Shown: positions 1-8,348, counted from the first letter of the stretch. The stretch: 16,401 nt of DNA from Candidatus Bathyarchaeum sp. (GCA_026014495.1 JAOZIF010000015.1:1-16401); one strand, 5' to 3'. The notes: a model not told the origin generated them from the letters alone. A program made the numbers and translations.

Positions 1-9
1 GGCTCCACA
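1..9 (+). repeat. Possible truncated copy of the tRNA-Thr 3' end (att-like stub)
   Basis: GGCTCCACA at 1-9 is identical to 6858-6866 (tRNA 3' end plus 2 nt) and sits just before an integrase remnant. It is only 9 bp and is cut by the window edge. Confidence 0.25.
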
Positions 10-36
10 ACTGAACCCGTGTAGTTTTGAAAAAAT

Positions 37-267
37 TTTAAAAACATTATGGGCCATAAAAAAAGACCACTACACAAAAAACCCCAATCGAAGTAACAGA
101 CCGTAGACTACGTTTAATCGCTAAAAAGTGAATTTAAACGACCCTGACAAAGTAACAGAATATCTCGCAAGAACAGCAACAACAAAAGAAGCCCTAAGCT
201 TATCGAAGCAGGATTTGATTATGTTACTGAAATTGATGGCGTTAAACTGGTTAGAAAAAGGAAATAA
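37..267 (+). pseudogene. Degraded C-terminal fragment of an archaeal tyrosine recombinase/integrase
   Basis: Frame 1 reads FKNIMGHKK (box II LGH-like), followed by an out-of-frame TTTQK. Frame 2 reads VNLNDPDKVTEYLARTATTKEAL. Frame 1 then reads KLIEAGFDYVTEIDGVKLVRKRK* (TAA 265-267), matching the (K)LIEAGFEYVTEMDGVKLFRKRK tail I recall for archaeal integrases. At least two frameshifts and in-frame stops. Confidence 0.7.
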
Positions 268-269
268 CA

Positions 270-794
270 TTATTTCATAATCTTCTTGTGTGTTTGAATC
301 CCTTTTATCCATAAGAACAGAGTGTAAACGCTCAATAAAACAACCAAAAAAAGAATGATAACGTTCCAATCACCTATCCAAAATGGGTTGTGACTGTATA
401 CTGGGTAAAGAACATAACTCGAATACTCATGAGTCCACATATCAAAAAAAATGTGAGAAACTCCTCCTACAAGGCAACTAAGATATATTGCTTTAAAAGA
501 GTGGCTTATCTTGTTTGGGTAGATTCTGAAAAAGTCATAGATTTTCAGGATAGTCTTACCACATTTTTTGTGCATTAAATAAATGATTATGCTTAGTATG
601 ATGGGGTATGCTGTTAATACAAAAAAGTAACTGTGCCATAACCCGTGCGCTGTGTGGTTTTCCACTAGAAAATAATACACTAGTTCAAGGTCAACAAATG
701 TGGATGATATCAACAGTGAAGTAATGTCAAATTTTGTTGGCATTTTGAAATACAATGGAGCAATGGCCAAGAAATGCAGTGGATTGGCAGGCAT
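270..794 (-). CDS. DUF4184-like membrane protein (putative metal-dependent hydrolase)
   Basis: 174 aa hydrophobic ORF with MPANPLH, STFVDLE, HGLWHSYF and SHIFFDMWTH motifs, resembling the DUF4184/YdjM-type His/Asp pattern. Confidence 0.7.
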   Translation of the reverse strand: MPANPLHFLAIAPLYFKMPTKFDITSLLISSTFVDLELVYYFLVENHTAHGLWHSYFFVLTAYPIILSIIIYLMHKKCGKTILKIYDFFRIYPNKISHSFKAIYLSCLVGGVSHIFFDMWTHEYSSYVLYPVYSHNPFWIGDWNVIILFLVVLLSVYTLFLWIKGIQTHKKIMK

Positions 795-801
795 GTCAGT
801 T

Positions 802-1539
802 TCACTCGGAGGTTTGCTCTTTTTCCTTGGGGAACATTACAAGATGTTGATAAATTACATATGACAAAAGGCTACCTACTACTGAACCCATAATTATGTC
901 TTTTAACGAATCCATTGGATAATTGAAATAAGATGCAGAATCCCTGATTTGAATGTCTACTGTTTCTCCAATTTCCCAAACCAATGCAATTATCAGCAAA
1001 ATGAAAAAAAGGAATAACCATTTCGACCTCTTATCCAAGCCAAAATATCTTTCAAAGGCAAAAGGCATAAGAAGTGCACCAAAAAGCCAAGGAGACGTAA
1101 TGTGGGTCCACGTATCAACATAACCCTGTGACTGTGTTACAGGGTTCCAGTACCAATCATAATGTTGGCTGGCATTTTGAAAGGAAATGGCAAAAAGGGC
1201 CAAACAAACAAGGTAAACAAGGTAATACTTGGTGACAATTGTTATTTCGAGGCTTTTGTGTTTTTGGTAAAAATACATGCCAACATGAAAAATAAGCGAC
1301 AAGTAAACTGGAATAAACGTCCATGAAACAGTTCCACCTGGACCCGTAGAAACAGTAAGAAAGGCCTCAATTGGGCGGGATATCATAAATTCCAGATACA
1401 ACTGAAGATAGTTAGTTGTTGCATCCCATGCTGAAGCTGAAAAAGTAACAAACCAAATTATAAACAGAACAACTACTGTAGCCCCAAATACTAGCCAAGG
1501 AACCCAAAGTTTACGGTGTTGATTAAAAATATCCCCCAA
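802..1539 (-). CDS. Multi-pass membrane protein with a VanZ/DUF2238-like C-terminal region
   Basis: 245 aa, several TM segments; DTWTH...LVWEIGE...DSLKDIIMG pattern; AGGAG RBS upstream of a TTG start. Confidence 0.6.
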   Translation of the reverse strand: MGDIFNQHRKLWVPWLVFGATVVVLFIIWFVTFSASAWDATTNYLQLYLEFMISRPIEAFLTVSTGPGGTVSWTFIPVYLSLIFHVGMYFYQKHKSLEITIVTKYYLVYLVCLALFAISFQNASQHYDWYWNPVTQSQGYVDTWTHITSPWLFGALLMPFAFERYFGLDKRSKWLFLFFILLIIALVWEIGETVDIQIRDSASYFNYPMDSLKDIIMGSVVGSLLSYVIYQHLVMFPKEKEQTSE

Positions 1540-1683
1540 ATTTTTAGCTCCTTTGTTACCTTTTAAGGTTCTTTAGTTCTTTATTAAATTAGTTACAATT
1601 AAAAAATGCTAGTGTTCTAAATCAAAGAACCAGAAACCTGTCTGCTTTTCTCCTAATTACCAATGAAAAGTTAAGACTCCCGT

Positions 1684-2541
1684 TCACACGTGTTTAGAGT
1701 TGGAACCCAATTGTTCTGAATACGTCTTGGAGAATGCTGCGCCATAAATCACAAGTTGGGTAATCAGATAAATCCATATCAATAAAATCATAATTGCACC
1801 TGCTGCCCCCGTAACTGAAGTTAGCGTGAAGGTTTCCAAGATTATCCCAATCACATAGTTGGTTACTGTAAAAATTATTCCCGTAAATATTGCTGCTCCG
1901 CGAACGTCTTTCCAGCTGATTCGGGTTTCTGGAATATACTTGTACATTACTGAAAACACCAGAGTTGCCAACGCAAACGACAAAATGAGTTGAGCTACTT
2001 GAACAAGTATGTAAATTGCGTTTGAAATAACTGGAACCAGTAAATAGGTTATGGATTCTAACAAAAAGGTGGTTATTGCAGTCCACGCCATTATAACTAG
2101 CCCCAGAAAAGAAATCAAAAAGAATGGAGCTACTTTGCGTTTGATTTTTTGTTTAAGAGTTAGTTTTGGTTGACGAACTTCCCAAATGGTGTTCATTGTG
2201 TCTTGCAAAACTCCAAATGCTCCGATGGCTCCAATTACTGTGAAAAGAACGCTGACAATTGACGTAATAACAGAGGTGAAAGGTGATGATACAGTTCCCA
2301 AAATTTGTTCTATTAGATTTGCAACAGTTGGACCTACGATGGTTGTTAGCTGTTGCATCAAAGTTTGAAATGAGTTTGAAAACCCATAGACTTGAGACAA
2401 AATAATCATTACGATAAGAAACAACGAAGGAAGGGGCAATATGATGAAATATGCAAGGGAAGCTGCACGTAATGAAGCATGGTTTGCTAACCATTTTTGA
2501 AAAGCTTGTTCTGCGATTTGAAAAAAAGTTTGCCTCTTCAT
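1684..2541 (-). CDS. YihY/virulence factor BrkB family membrane protein
   Basis: 285 aa; AASLAYF..LPLP, LQDTMNTIW, YKYIP, GAAGAIMILLIWIY and GAAFS motifs are characteristic of YihY. Confidence 0.9.
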   Translation of the reverse strand: MKRQTFFQIAEQAFQKWLANHASLRAASLAYFIILPLPSLFLIVMIILSQVYGFSNSFQTLMQQLTTIVGPTVANLIEQILGTVSSPFTSVITSIVSVLFTVIGAIGAFGVLQDTMNTIWEVRQPKLTLKQKIKRKVAPFFLISFLGLVIMAWTAITTFLLESITYLLVPVISNAIYILVQVAQLILSFALATLVFSVMYKYIPETRISWKDVRGAAIFTGIIFTVTNYVIGIILETFTLTSVTGAAGAIMILLIWIYLITQLVIYGAAFSKTYSEQLGSNSKHV

Positions 2542-2604
2542 TTTCTTTAACCTCTACTCTTTGAATTTGCTTTTTGTTTCAATAAAGCTTATGTTACTAA
2601 CCTT

Positions 2605-2628
2605 GTTCAAATCCCGTCTGAGGCTGCA
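2605..2628 (+). repeat. Degenerate copy of the tRNA-Thr 3' end (old att-like site)
   Basis: GTTCAAATCCCGTCTGAGGCTGCA versus tRNA 6841-6864 GATCAAATCCCGCCCGAGGCTCCA: 20/24 identical, ungapped, intergenic. Confidence 0.7.
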
Positions 2629-2743
2629 TTTCTTGGGTTTGGTGGTTGTGTGTTTTGTTGAGAATCGAAAGGTTTTCAGGTAACGGATAGTATATATTGT
2701 TTCGTAAGTAATCATTTATGTACTGTTTTAGGAGTGAACACTA

Positions 2744-3541
2744 ATGGTTGGAACTAAAGCTATAGCACTCGGTTTGATTTGTGTTGTTTTATCTGTTGGG
2801 CTTATTGGAGCTTTAATTATTGTTAACCAAAAAGATGCTGACCTGCAAATGAAAAATGAACAAATATTTGAGCTTGAAAACGAGCAGCTTAGTTTAGAAA
2901 CACAAGTTTCGGGTTTGCAAGATGATGTTTCTGTGCTTGAGTCGCAAAACATTTTGTTAAGTAATCAAAAGTCTGTTCTTGAAGGTCAGGTTTCGAGTTT
3001 GCAAGCTAACGTTTCAAGTCTTGAGTCTGAAGTGGGGTTGTTGGAGGACTCTAAAAGCTTGTTGGAGTCGCAGGTTTCAAGTTTGCAAGCTGAGGTGACC
3101 GAGTTGGAGGGTGAGGTTGTTCAAAGTTATAGTTTAGGGTATGATGAGGGTGAGTCTGATGGTTATGCGTTTGGGTTTGATGAGGGGTATTTTGAGGGTG
3201 TGGAGTATTTGACTCAAACTGGTTATTATTTGCGAGACCCAACGTATGCGGAGGTGGTTGCTTTTGTTAACGCGGATACAACAGACGAAAATCAGTATGA
3301 CATCAATAACTATGTTTGTTATGATTTTACAGCAGATTTTAACGCGAATGCAACTCAGGCAGGCTACAGGTGTGGTTTTGTGTATATTGAGTTTTCAGAT
3401 AGTGCTCATGCGATTAGCTGTTTTAACACTACGGATATGGGAATAATTTATGTGGAGCCTCAAAATGACGACTTTGTCAGCATAACAGTTGGACAACGGT
3501 ACTTGGGCGACGTCATAGTAGATGCTGGAATTATTTGGTAA
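2744..3541 (+). CDS. Membrane-anchored coiled-coil protein with a C-terminal transglutaminase/papain-like domain
   Basis: N-terminal TM helix; 28-aa heptad repeats (LETQVSGLQ/LEGQVSSLQ/LESQVSSLQ); GxxxG run; then LRDPTY...YVCYDF...SAHA...YVEPQ with candidate Cys-His-Glu residues. GGAGTGA RBS. Confidence 0.75.
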   Translation: MVGTKAIALGLICVVLSVGLIGALIIVNQKDADLQMKNEQIFELENEQLSLETQVSGLQDDVSVLESQNILLSNQKSVLEGQVSSLQANVSSLESEVGLLEDSKSLLESQVSSLQAEVTELEGEVVQSYSLGYDEGESDGYAFGFDEGYFEGVEYLTQTGYYLRDPTYAEVVAFVNADTTDENQYDINNYVCYDFTADFNANATQAGYRCGFVYIEFSDSAHAISCFNTTDMGIIYVEPQNDDFVSITVGQRYLGDVIVDAGIIW

Positions 3542-3549
3542 AAGCTGTG

Positions 3550-4023
3550 TTATGTTGTTAGTGCTTGTTTTATTGGGTCTTCTGGTTTGTCTTTGACTGT
3601 GCTGTGGACTATGAAGGTTTCTGTGTCTTTGACGCCGTTTAGGTCGTGAATTTTTTTGACCAAGTCGGTTAATTCTTTGTTGTTTTTTACAAGCACTTTT
3701 GCTATGCTGTCGTATTTGCCAAAGATTCTTTGAAATTCGGATACTTGTGGGAAGTTTTTTACGATTTCTTCGGTTTCTTTTCTGCATTCGCTGCGTGGGT
3801 CTTCTCGCATTAGTATGTATGCTTGGATGGATAGGTCTAGGATTTCGGGGTTCATTTTGGGGTAAAATGAGATTATTAGGCCTTTTTTGTGCATTTGTTC
3901 GATTTTTTTTGCGACTGTTTGTCTGGTGATGCCTAGGTCTTGTGCTATTTTTAGGATTGGGCGTTGTCCTTTTTCTAGCAGGTTTAGTAGTATCTTTTTT
4001 TCTAGGTCTTTGATGATTAACAT
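3550..4023 (-). CDS. Lrp/AsnC family transcriptional regulator
   Basis: 157 aa; N-terminal HTH (DLEKKILLNLLEKGQRPILKIAQDLGITRQTVAKKIEQM) and RAM-like C-terminal domain (RIFGKYD...GVKDTET). Confidence 0.9.
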   Translation of the reverse strand: MLIIKDLEKKILLNLLEKGQRPILKIAQDLGITRQTVAKKIEQMHKKGLIISFYPKMNPEILDLSIQAYILMREDPRSECRKETEEIVKNFPQVSEFQRIFGKYDSIAKVLVKNNKELTDLVKKIHDLNGVKDTETFIVHSTVKDKPEDPIKQALTT

Positions 4024-4103
4024 TTTGTTAACGTAACCTTTAAAAGTGTTAGCATTTTTTAAACTTTTCTAATCAACAATCAACATATAGTACATGAGGC
4101 TAA

Positions 4104-5987
4104 ATGATGAATCCGTATATTGAAGCATTACGACCCAAATTAAGTAAAGAAGATTATCAAAAGTTATGTGCAATATCTATTCCTAAAGTTCACGAGTTTA
4201 TTGCCAAGTCTGCTGACTTGTGTAACGCAGAGCATGTGTTTATCTGCAGTGATTCGCCAGAAGACAAAGAGCACATCAGGCAGCAGGCAATTGCCCATAA
4301 AGAAGAGGCAAAATTGAACATATCTGGGCATACTGTGCATTTTGATGGTTTTTATGATCAGGGACGGGACAGGAAGGCTACAAAGTATCTTGTGCCTAAG
4401 CGCGTGTTTTTGAGCAAGGCTCTTAATCAAATTGACCGTCAAGAGGGTTTGGCGGAAGTTAAAGGAATCCTTCGGGATTCTATGACTGGCAGGACTATGA
4501 TTTGTCGGTTTTTGTCTTTGGGTCCTACTGGTTCGGTGTTTACGATTTTGGGGTTGCAGTGTACGGATTCTTGGTATGTTGCTCATTCTGAGGATTTGTT
4601 GTATAGGCCTGGCTATAAGGTGTTTACTAAATCTGGTCCTGAAACAGACTTTTTGCGTGTTGTTCATTCTGCGGGTAGATTAACTGACCGTATGGTTAGT
4701 GCAGAGAATACAAAGAAGTGTATTTACATTGATCATATGGATAACACGATTTACAGTGTTAACACGCAGTATGCTGGTAACTCTATTGGGTTTAAGAAGC
4801 TGGCTTTTCGTTTGGCTATTCGTAAGGCTAACACTGAGGGTTGGCTTGCTGAGCATATGATGCTTATGGGTGTGCATGGTCCGGGTGGTCGTAAGACGTA
4901 TTTTGCGGGTGCGTTTCCGAGTGCTTGTGGTAAGACGTCTACGGCTATGTTGCCTGGAGAAACGATTCTAGGTGACGACATCGCGTACATTCGTGAAATT
5001 GATTCAGTTGCGCGGGCAGTGAATGTTGAGGCAGGCATTTTTGGCATCATTAAAGATGTGAATCCAGTAGATGATACGACAATTTGGGATGTTCTTCACA
5101 AGCCTGGTGAGATTATCTTTTCTAATGTTTTGGTTAAAGATGGCACGCCTTACTGGCTGGGTATGGGCAGTGAGACGCCTAAAGAGGGCGTTAATTTTTC
5201 TGGTGAGTGGCATGAGGGCAAGAAGGATGCGAACGGTAATGAGGTTACTTTGGCTCACAAGAATGCAAGGTATGCTGTGACTTTGAGTGCTTTGGAGAAT
5301 TGTGATCCTGAGTTAGAGAATCCGTTAGGTGTTGAGCTTAGGGGTATTATGTATGGTGGTCGGGATACTAAGGCGTATGTTCCTGTGCAGCAGAGTTTTG
5401 ATTGGGAGCATGGGATTGTTGCGTATGGTGCGTCTTTGGAGACTGAAACAACGTTTGCTACTGTGGGTAAAGAGGGTGTTCCTGAGATTAACATGATGAG
5501 TATTCAGGATTTTATTTCGATTCCGCTTGGAAAGAATGTTCGGAATAATCTTGAGTTTGGTAAAAAGGTGGATAATCCTCCTGTTGTGTTTGGGGTTAAC
5601 TATTTTCTTAAGGACAAAAAGGGCAAAGATTACCTTAATGACCCTAAGGATAAGCATGTGTGGGTGAAGTGGATGGAGCTTCGTGTTCACGGTGAAGTGG
5701 ATGCGATAAAGACGCCGACAGGTTATATTCCAAAGTATGAGGATTTGCGGGAGATCTTTGAGCAGGTGCGGGGTAAGGATTACACAAAAGCTGAGTATAA
5801 TGCGCAGTTTACTATTCGTGTTGACGCAAATATGGCTAAGATTAAGCGTGTGCGTGACTTTTACAAGAAGAATGTTACTTATACTCCGGAGCAGGTGTTT
5901 TGGATACTGAATCAGCAGTATGAGCGGTTGCTTAATGCTAAGGAACAGTTTGGCGATTATATTGAGCCAGAAAAGTTTTTAGAGTAA
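4104..5987 (+). CDS. pckG: Phosphoenolpyruvate carboxykinase (GTP)
   Basis: 627 aa; YAGNSIGFKKLAFRLA, WLAEHM, GAFPSACGKTSTAM, GDDIAYI and HKNARY motifs. Confidence 0.96.
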   Translation: MMNPYIEALRPKLSKEDYQKLCAISIPKVHEFIAKSADLCNAEHVFICSDSPEDKEHIRQQAIAHKEEAKLNISGHTVHFDGFYDQGRDRKATKYLVPKRVFLSKALNQIDRQEGLAEVKGILRDSMTGRTMICRFLSLGPTGSVFTILGLQCTDSWYVAHSEDLLYRPGYKVFTKSGPETDFLRVVHSAGRLTDRMVSAENTKKCIYIDHMDNTIYSVNTQYAGNSIGFKKLAFRLAIRKANTEGWLAEHMMLMGVHGPGGRKTYFAGAFPSACGKTSTAMLPGETILGDDIAYIREIDSVARAVNVEAGIFGIIKDVNPVDDTTIWDVLHKPGEIIFSNVLVKDGTPYWLGMGSETPKEGVNFSGEWHEGKKDANGNEVTLAHKNARYAVTLSALENCDPELENPLGVELRGIMYGGRDTKAYVPVQQSFDWEHGIVAYGASLETETTFATVGKEGVPEINMMSIQDFISIPLGKNVRNNLEFGKKVDNPPVVFGVNYFLKDKKGKDYLNDPKDKHVWVKWMELRVHGEVDAIKTPTGYIPKYEDLREIFEQVRGKDYTKAEYNAQFTIRVDANMAKIKRVRDFYKKNVTYTPEQVFWILNQQYERLLNAKEQFGDYIEPEKFLE

Positions 5988-5994
5988 GTAGGTG

Positions 5995-6027
5995 AACGGG
6001 TGTTTCCCGTTTTTTCTTGTTTTTTTG
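5995..6027 (+). terminator. Hairpin plus T-tract terminator of pckG
   Basis: AACGGG-TGTTT-CCCGTT stem-loop just after the stop codon, followed by T runs. Confidence 0.6.
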
Positions 6028-6143
6028 TTTAGTTGATGTATGCTATTTGTTTATGTTGTGTTGTTTGATGTGGTTGTTTAATATTTATTTTGACTTCATG
6101 AACTTTTTATGTAAATGAAAAGACGTACAGTTGTGGTCTATAT

Positions 6144-6641
6144 ATGGCTAACAGCGGTTCGGCGGATATGTGTGACTTTTTTCATTCGTTGTTGTTTGCG
6201 TATCAAAAGTCAGTGAAGGAGATTTTGGGTCCTGGAGAAGCGGCTTTTATGCCTCCTATTCTGGAAAAAATTATTTTGGTTACAAACAAACAGAATCTTG
6301 GTTTGCCTGAAGAACAAAACCCTGAGGAGCTTTTAGAGGATTTCTTAGAGGAGCTGCTGAAGAAAGGGACTGCGAAATGGGTTGAGTTAAAAGAGGTTGG
6401 GGAGGAAAATTACCTGTTTCGGGTTGAGGGTTGCAGGTTTTCAAAGCATATTCATGGTTTTGCTGATACAGAGGACACAACTTGTCCGTTGGCGCTTGCT
6501 GTGATGGCTTATCTTCAAGTGTCTACAGGAAAAAAGGTTCGTCCAACAGACTCAAAATATACTAAAACTGGAACAAGAACTTTGATCGAGTTTTTGCCTC
6601 AGCAGAAAAAGAAGATTGCTGCAGTGCATGCTAGTTCCTGA
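6144..6641 (+). CDS. Hypothetical protein, MetOD1/V4R-like output domain
   Basis: 165 aa; YLFRVEGCRFSKHIH...TCPLALAV Cys/His pattern resembles V4R/methanogen output domain 1 proteins. Confidence 0.6.
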   Translation: MANSGSADMCDFFHSLLFAYQKSVKEILGPGEAAFMPPILEKIILVTNKQNLGLPEEQNPEELLEDFLEELLKKGTAKWVELKEVGEENYLFRVEGCRFSKHIHGFADTEDTTCPLALAVMAYLQVSTGKKVRPTDSKYTKTGTRTLIEFLPQQKKKIAAVHASS

Positions 6642-6749
6642 CTGTTTTTGTTTATTGGCATGATTGTTGGGTTTGCAGTTTTTGCGTCAACCAAGTTGAC
6701 CCGTAAGCCAAAATTTTAGGGTCTGAAAACGATATACCTATAACCAAGA

Positions 6750-6757
6750 TTTTATAA
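6750..6757 (+). promoter_or_regulatory. TATA box of the tRNA-Thr gene
   Basis: TTTTATAA about 30 nt upstream of the mature 5' end, preceded by a purine-rich BRE-like stretch. Confidence 0.6.
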
Positions 6758-6787
6758 GAAAATAACCTAACCTACTCGGTCTAACGT

Positions 6788-6864
6788 GCCTCGGTGGCTC
6801 AGCCCGGTAGAGCGGCAGCCTTGTAAGCTGTTGGTCGCGGGATCAAATCCCGCCCGAGGCTCCA
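6788..6864 (+). tRNA. tRNA-Thr(UGU), intronless, CCA encoded
   Basis: Acceptor stem GCCTCGG/CCGAGGC; D-arm GCTC..GAGC; anticodon stem GCAGC/GCTGT with loop CT-TGT-AA; T-arm GCGGG-ATCAAAT-CCCGC; T discriminator plus CCA. Confidence 0.97.
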
Positions 6865-6936
6865 CATTTTAGCAAGAGAATAAGCCTGTGTTGTTTCATT
6901 ATTCAGAGAAGTTTTGTTTTTACAACTGGAAAGACA

Positions 6937-8091
6937 TTAATCCACAGAGGTTGTACCTCTAGTTTTGGATTTTACCCATTCTTTGAAGAATACATCAGTT
7001 AGGCTGTAGGTATCATCAATTTTTTCAACGGTGCCGTCTTTTAGTAGTGGTTCCATGGCTCGGTATACATGGGATGATGAAATTAATTCATATTTTTCAA
7101 TGAATGATGATGCATATATTTTAGTAACCCGTTCTTCCCAGCTTAATCCAACTAATAGTTTCTTTTGGTGGATTGTCAAAGTGTCCCACTGTTTTACAAA
7201 AAGGTCTTTGTGTATTCTCAAAAGTTCTTGTATTGCTTTGGTCACGTCCACTTCTTTAACGGTTTTATTTTCATATGCAAGGTTCCACAACTCATGGCAA
7301 AGTTGTTGTGTGAAATATGGATGACCATCAGTGAATTTAAGCATCAAATCAATTGTAGCAGAATCGATGTGAATGTTTGTTTCTTCAAATTTTGTAGTTA
7401 TAAATTGTTTAAACTCTTTTATGGGTATTTTGCCCAGGGGAAAGGGTTTTGCAAATCGGTAAAATGGTCTGTTTGCGTCTTCAAAGATTTCTTCAAGGAT
7501 GTGACGTTTGCTTCCCATAAAAACGTATGAAACGTGTTCATGATGTTGGAAATGTGACCGCATCAGATTTTCCAAAACGTCTCCGTCAAGGTTTACTATT
7601 TCTTGGAATTCGTCAAAAACAACAACAAGCGGTTTGCCTTTTGCTTTAGCTAATTGCTCGGGAGCATCTAGTATTTTGTCAAGAACAGCTTTTTCTCCTT
7701 GAGATGCAACTTCTTTTTTTAGGCTTACTTTGAAGCTGCCGTCACTGTTTACTGTGAATTCTGGTCGAATGCCCGAAAAAGCTGACCTTAAAAATTTTGA
7801 TGTTTTTTCAAGGGTGCCATAAGCAGGAAGCACAGTTTTTTCTACAAGGTCGTCTACCAAATCAGAAAGAAAAACGCATCCATACATGTCAATGTACGCT
7901 GTCAGGATTCCGTTATTTTTTAGGGCTTCAAGCACGTTTATCATTAATGAGCTCTTGCCATACCTTCGTGGAGAGTACAAAATCATGTTTTGTCCACTTG
8001 TCAGTTCCTGAATCAACAATTTTAACTCATCTTTTCTATCTGCAAAATCTTTGCCAGTTACAATGGTTCCGTACTTGAAAGGATTCATCAA
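6937..8091 (-). CDS. Archaeal ATPase (ATPase_2/AAA+ STAND-like) with probable C-terminal wHTH
   Basis: 384 aa; NPFKYG...FADRKDE N-terminus, Walker A SPRRYGKSS, Walker B VVVFDEFQ, FMGS, TDGHPYFTQ, and YSLTDVFFKEWV end; GAGGT/GGTGA RBS. Confidence 0.9.
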   Translation of the reverse strand: MMNPFKYGTIVTGKDFADRKDELKLLIQELTSGQNMILYSPRRYGKSSLMINVLEALKNNGILTAYIDMYGCVFLSDLVDDLVEKTVLPAYGTLEKTSKFLRSAFSGIRPEFTVNSDGSFKVSLKKEVASQGEKAVLDKILDAPEQLAKAKGKPLVVVFDEFQEIVNLDGDVLENLMRSHFQHHEHVSYVFMGSKRHILEEIFEDANRPFYRFAKPFPLGKIPIKEFKQFITTKFEETNIHIDSATIDLMLKFTDGHPYFTQQLCHELWNLAYENKTVKEVDVTKAIQELLRIHKDLFVKQWDTLTIHQKKLLVGLSWEERVTKIYASSFIEKYELISSSHVYRAMEPLLKDGTVEKIDDTYSLTDVFFKEWVKSKTRGTTSVD

Positions 8092-8119
8092 TTCACCACG
8101 ACCTCATCTTCAGTTTTTC

Positions 8120-8298
8120 GTGTACCGGCAGTTGTGTACACGCCACAGTACTACAGTAATGTGTAACACACCATTGTATAACTTTTGTTATACAACACTG
8201 TAAACTTCATGTACACCCAACAGTACAGTACTACAGTACTGTGTAACACACCATTGTATAACTTTTGGTACACAGTACTGTAGAACAAAAATGTACAC
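8120..8298. repeat. Nested direct/inverted repeat array upstream of the ATPase gene
   Basis: 43-bp direct repeat at 8145-8187 and 8225-8267 (1 mismatch, 80-bp period); 15-bp perfect inverted repeat at 8231-8245/8269-8283; 9-bp hairpin TTGTATAAC-TTTT-GTTATACAA at 8174-8195; ten GTAC tetramers. Confidence 0.9.
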
Positions 8299-8348
8299 AC
8301 CAACACACAACCAACCACACAAATCTGAATATAAATCTAGTTTGGAGA

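Noticed and set aside
121-578. Track ORFs 121..369(-) and 390..578(+)
   Set aside because: They are shadows of the integrase remnant and the DUF4184-like gene, with no recognisable motifs.
1694-5690. Antisense or alternate-frame ORFs over yihY, the 2744 gene, lrp and pckG
   Set aside because: They overlap well-supported genes; their His/Thr/Asn/Gln-rich or Phe/Leu/Cys-rich compositions are what the local strand skew produces.
6639-6641. Selenocysteine recoding of the TGA
   Set aside because: The position is not a Cys/Sec-like context, and no SECIS-like element or Sec machinery is visible; only generic readthrough or a nonsense mutation was kept as a hypothesis.
6937-8091. Orc1/Cdc6 replication initiator next to an origin
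   Set aside because: The motifs (NPF..G, PRRYGKSS, FDEFQ, GHPY) fit the archaeal ATPase_2 family rather than Cdc6, and no ORB-like G-string boxes were seen.
8145-8267. CRISPR mini-array (43-bp repeat, 37-bp spacer)
   Set aside because: Only two units; the spacer shares motifs with the repeat (TGTACAC, CAGTAC); the flanks continue the same motifs; no cas genes or leader in the window.
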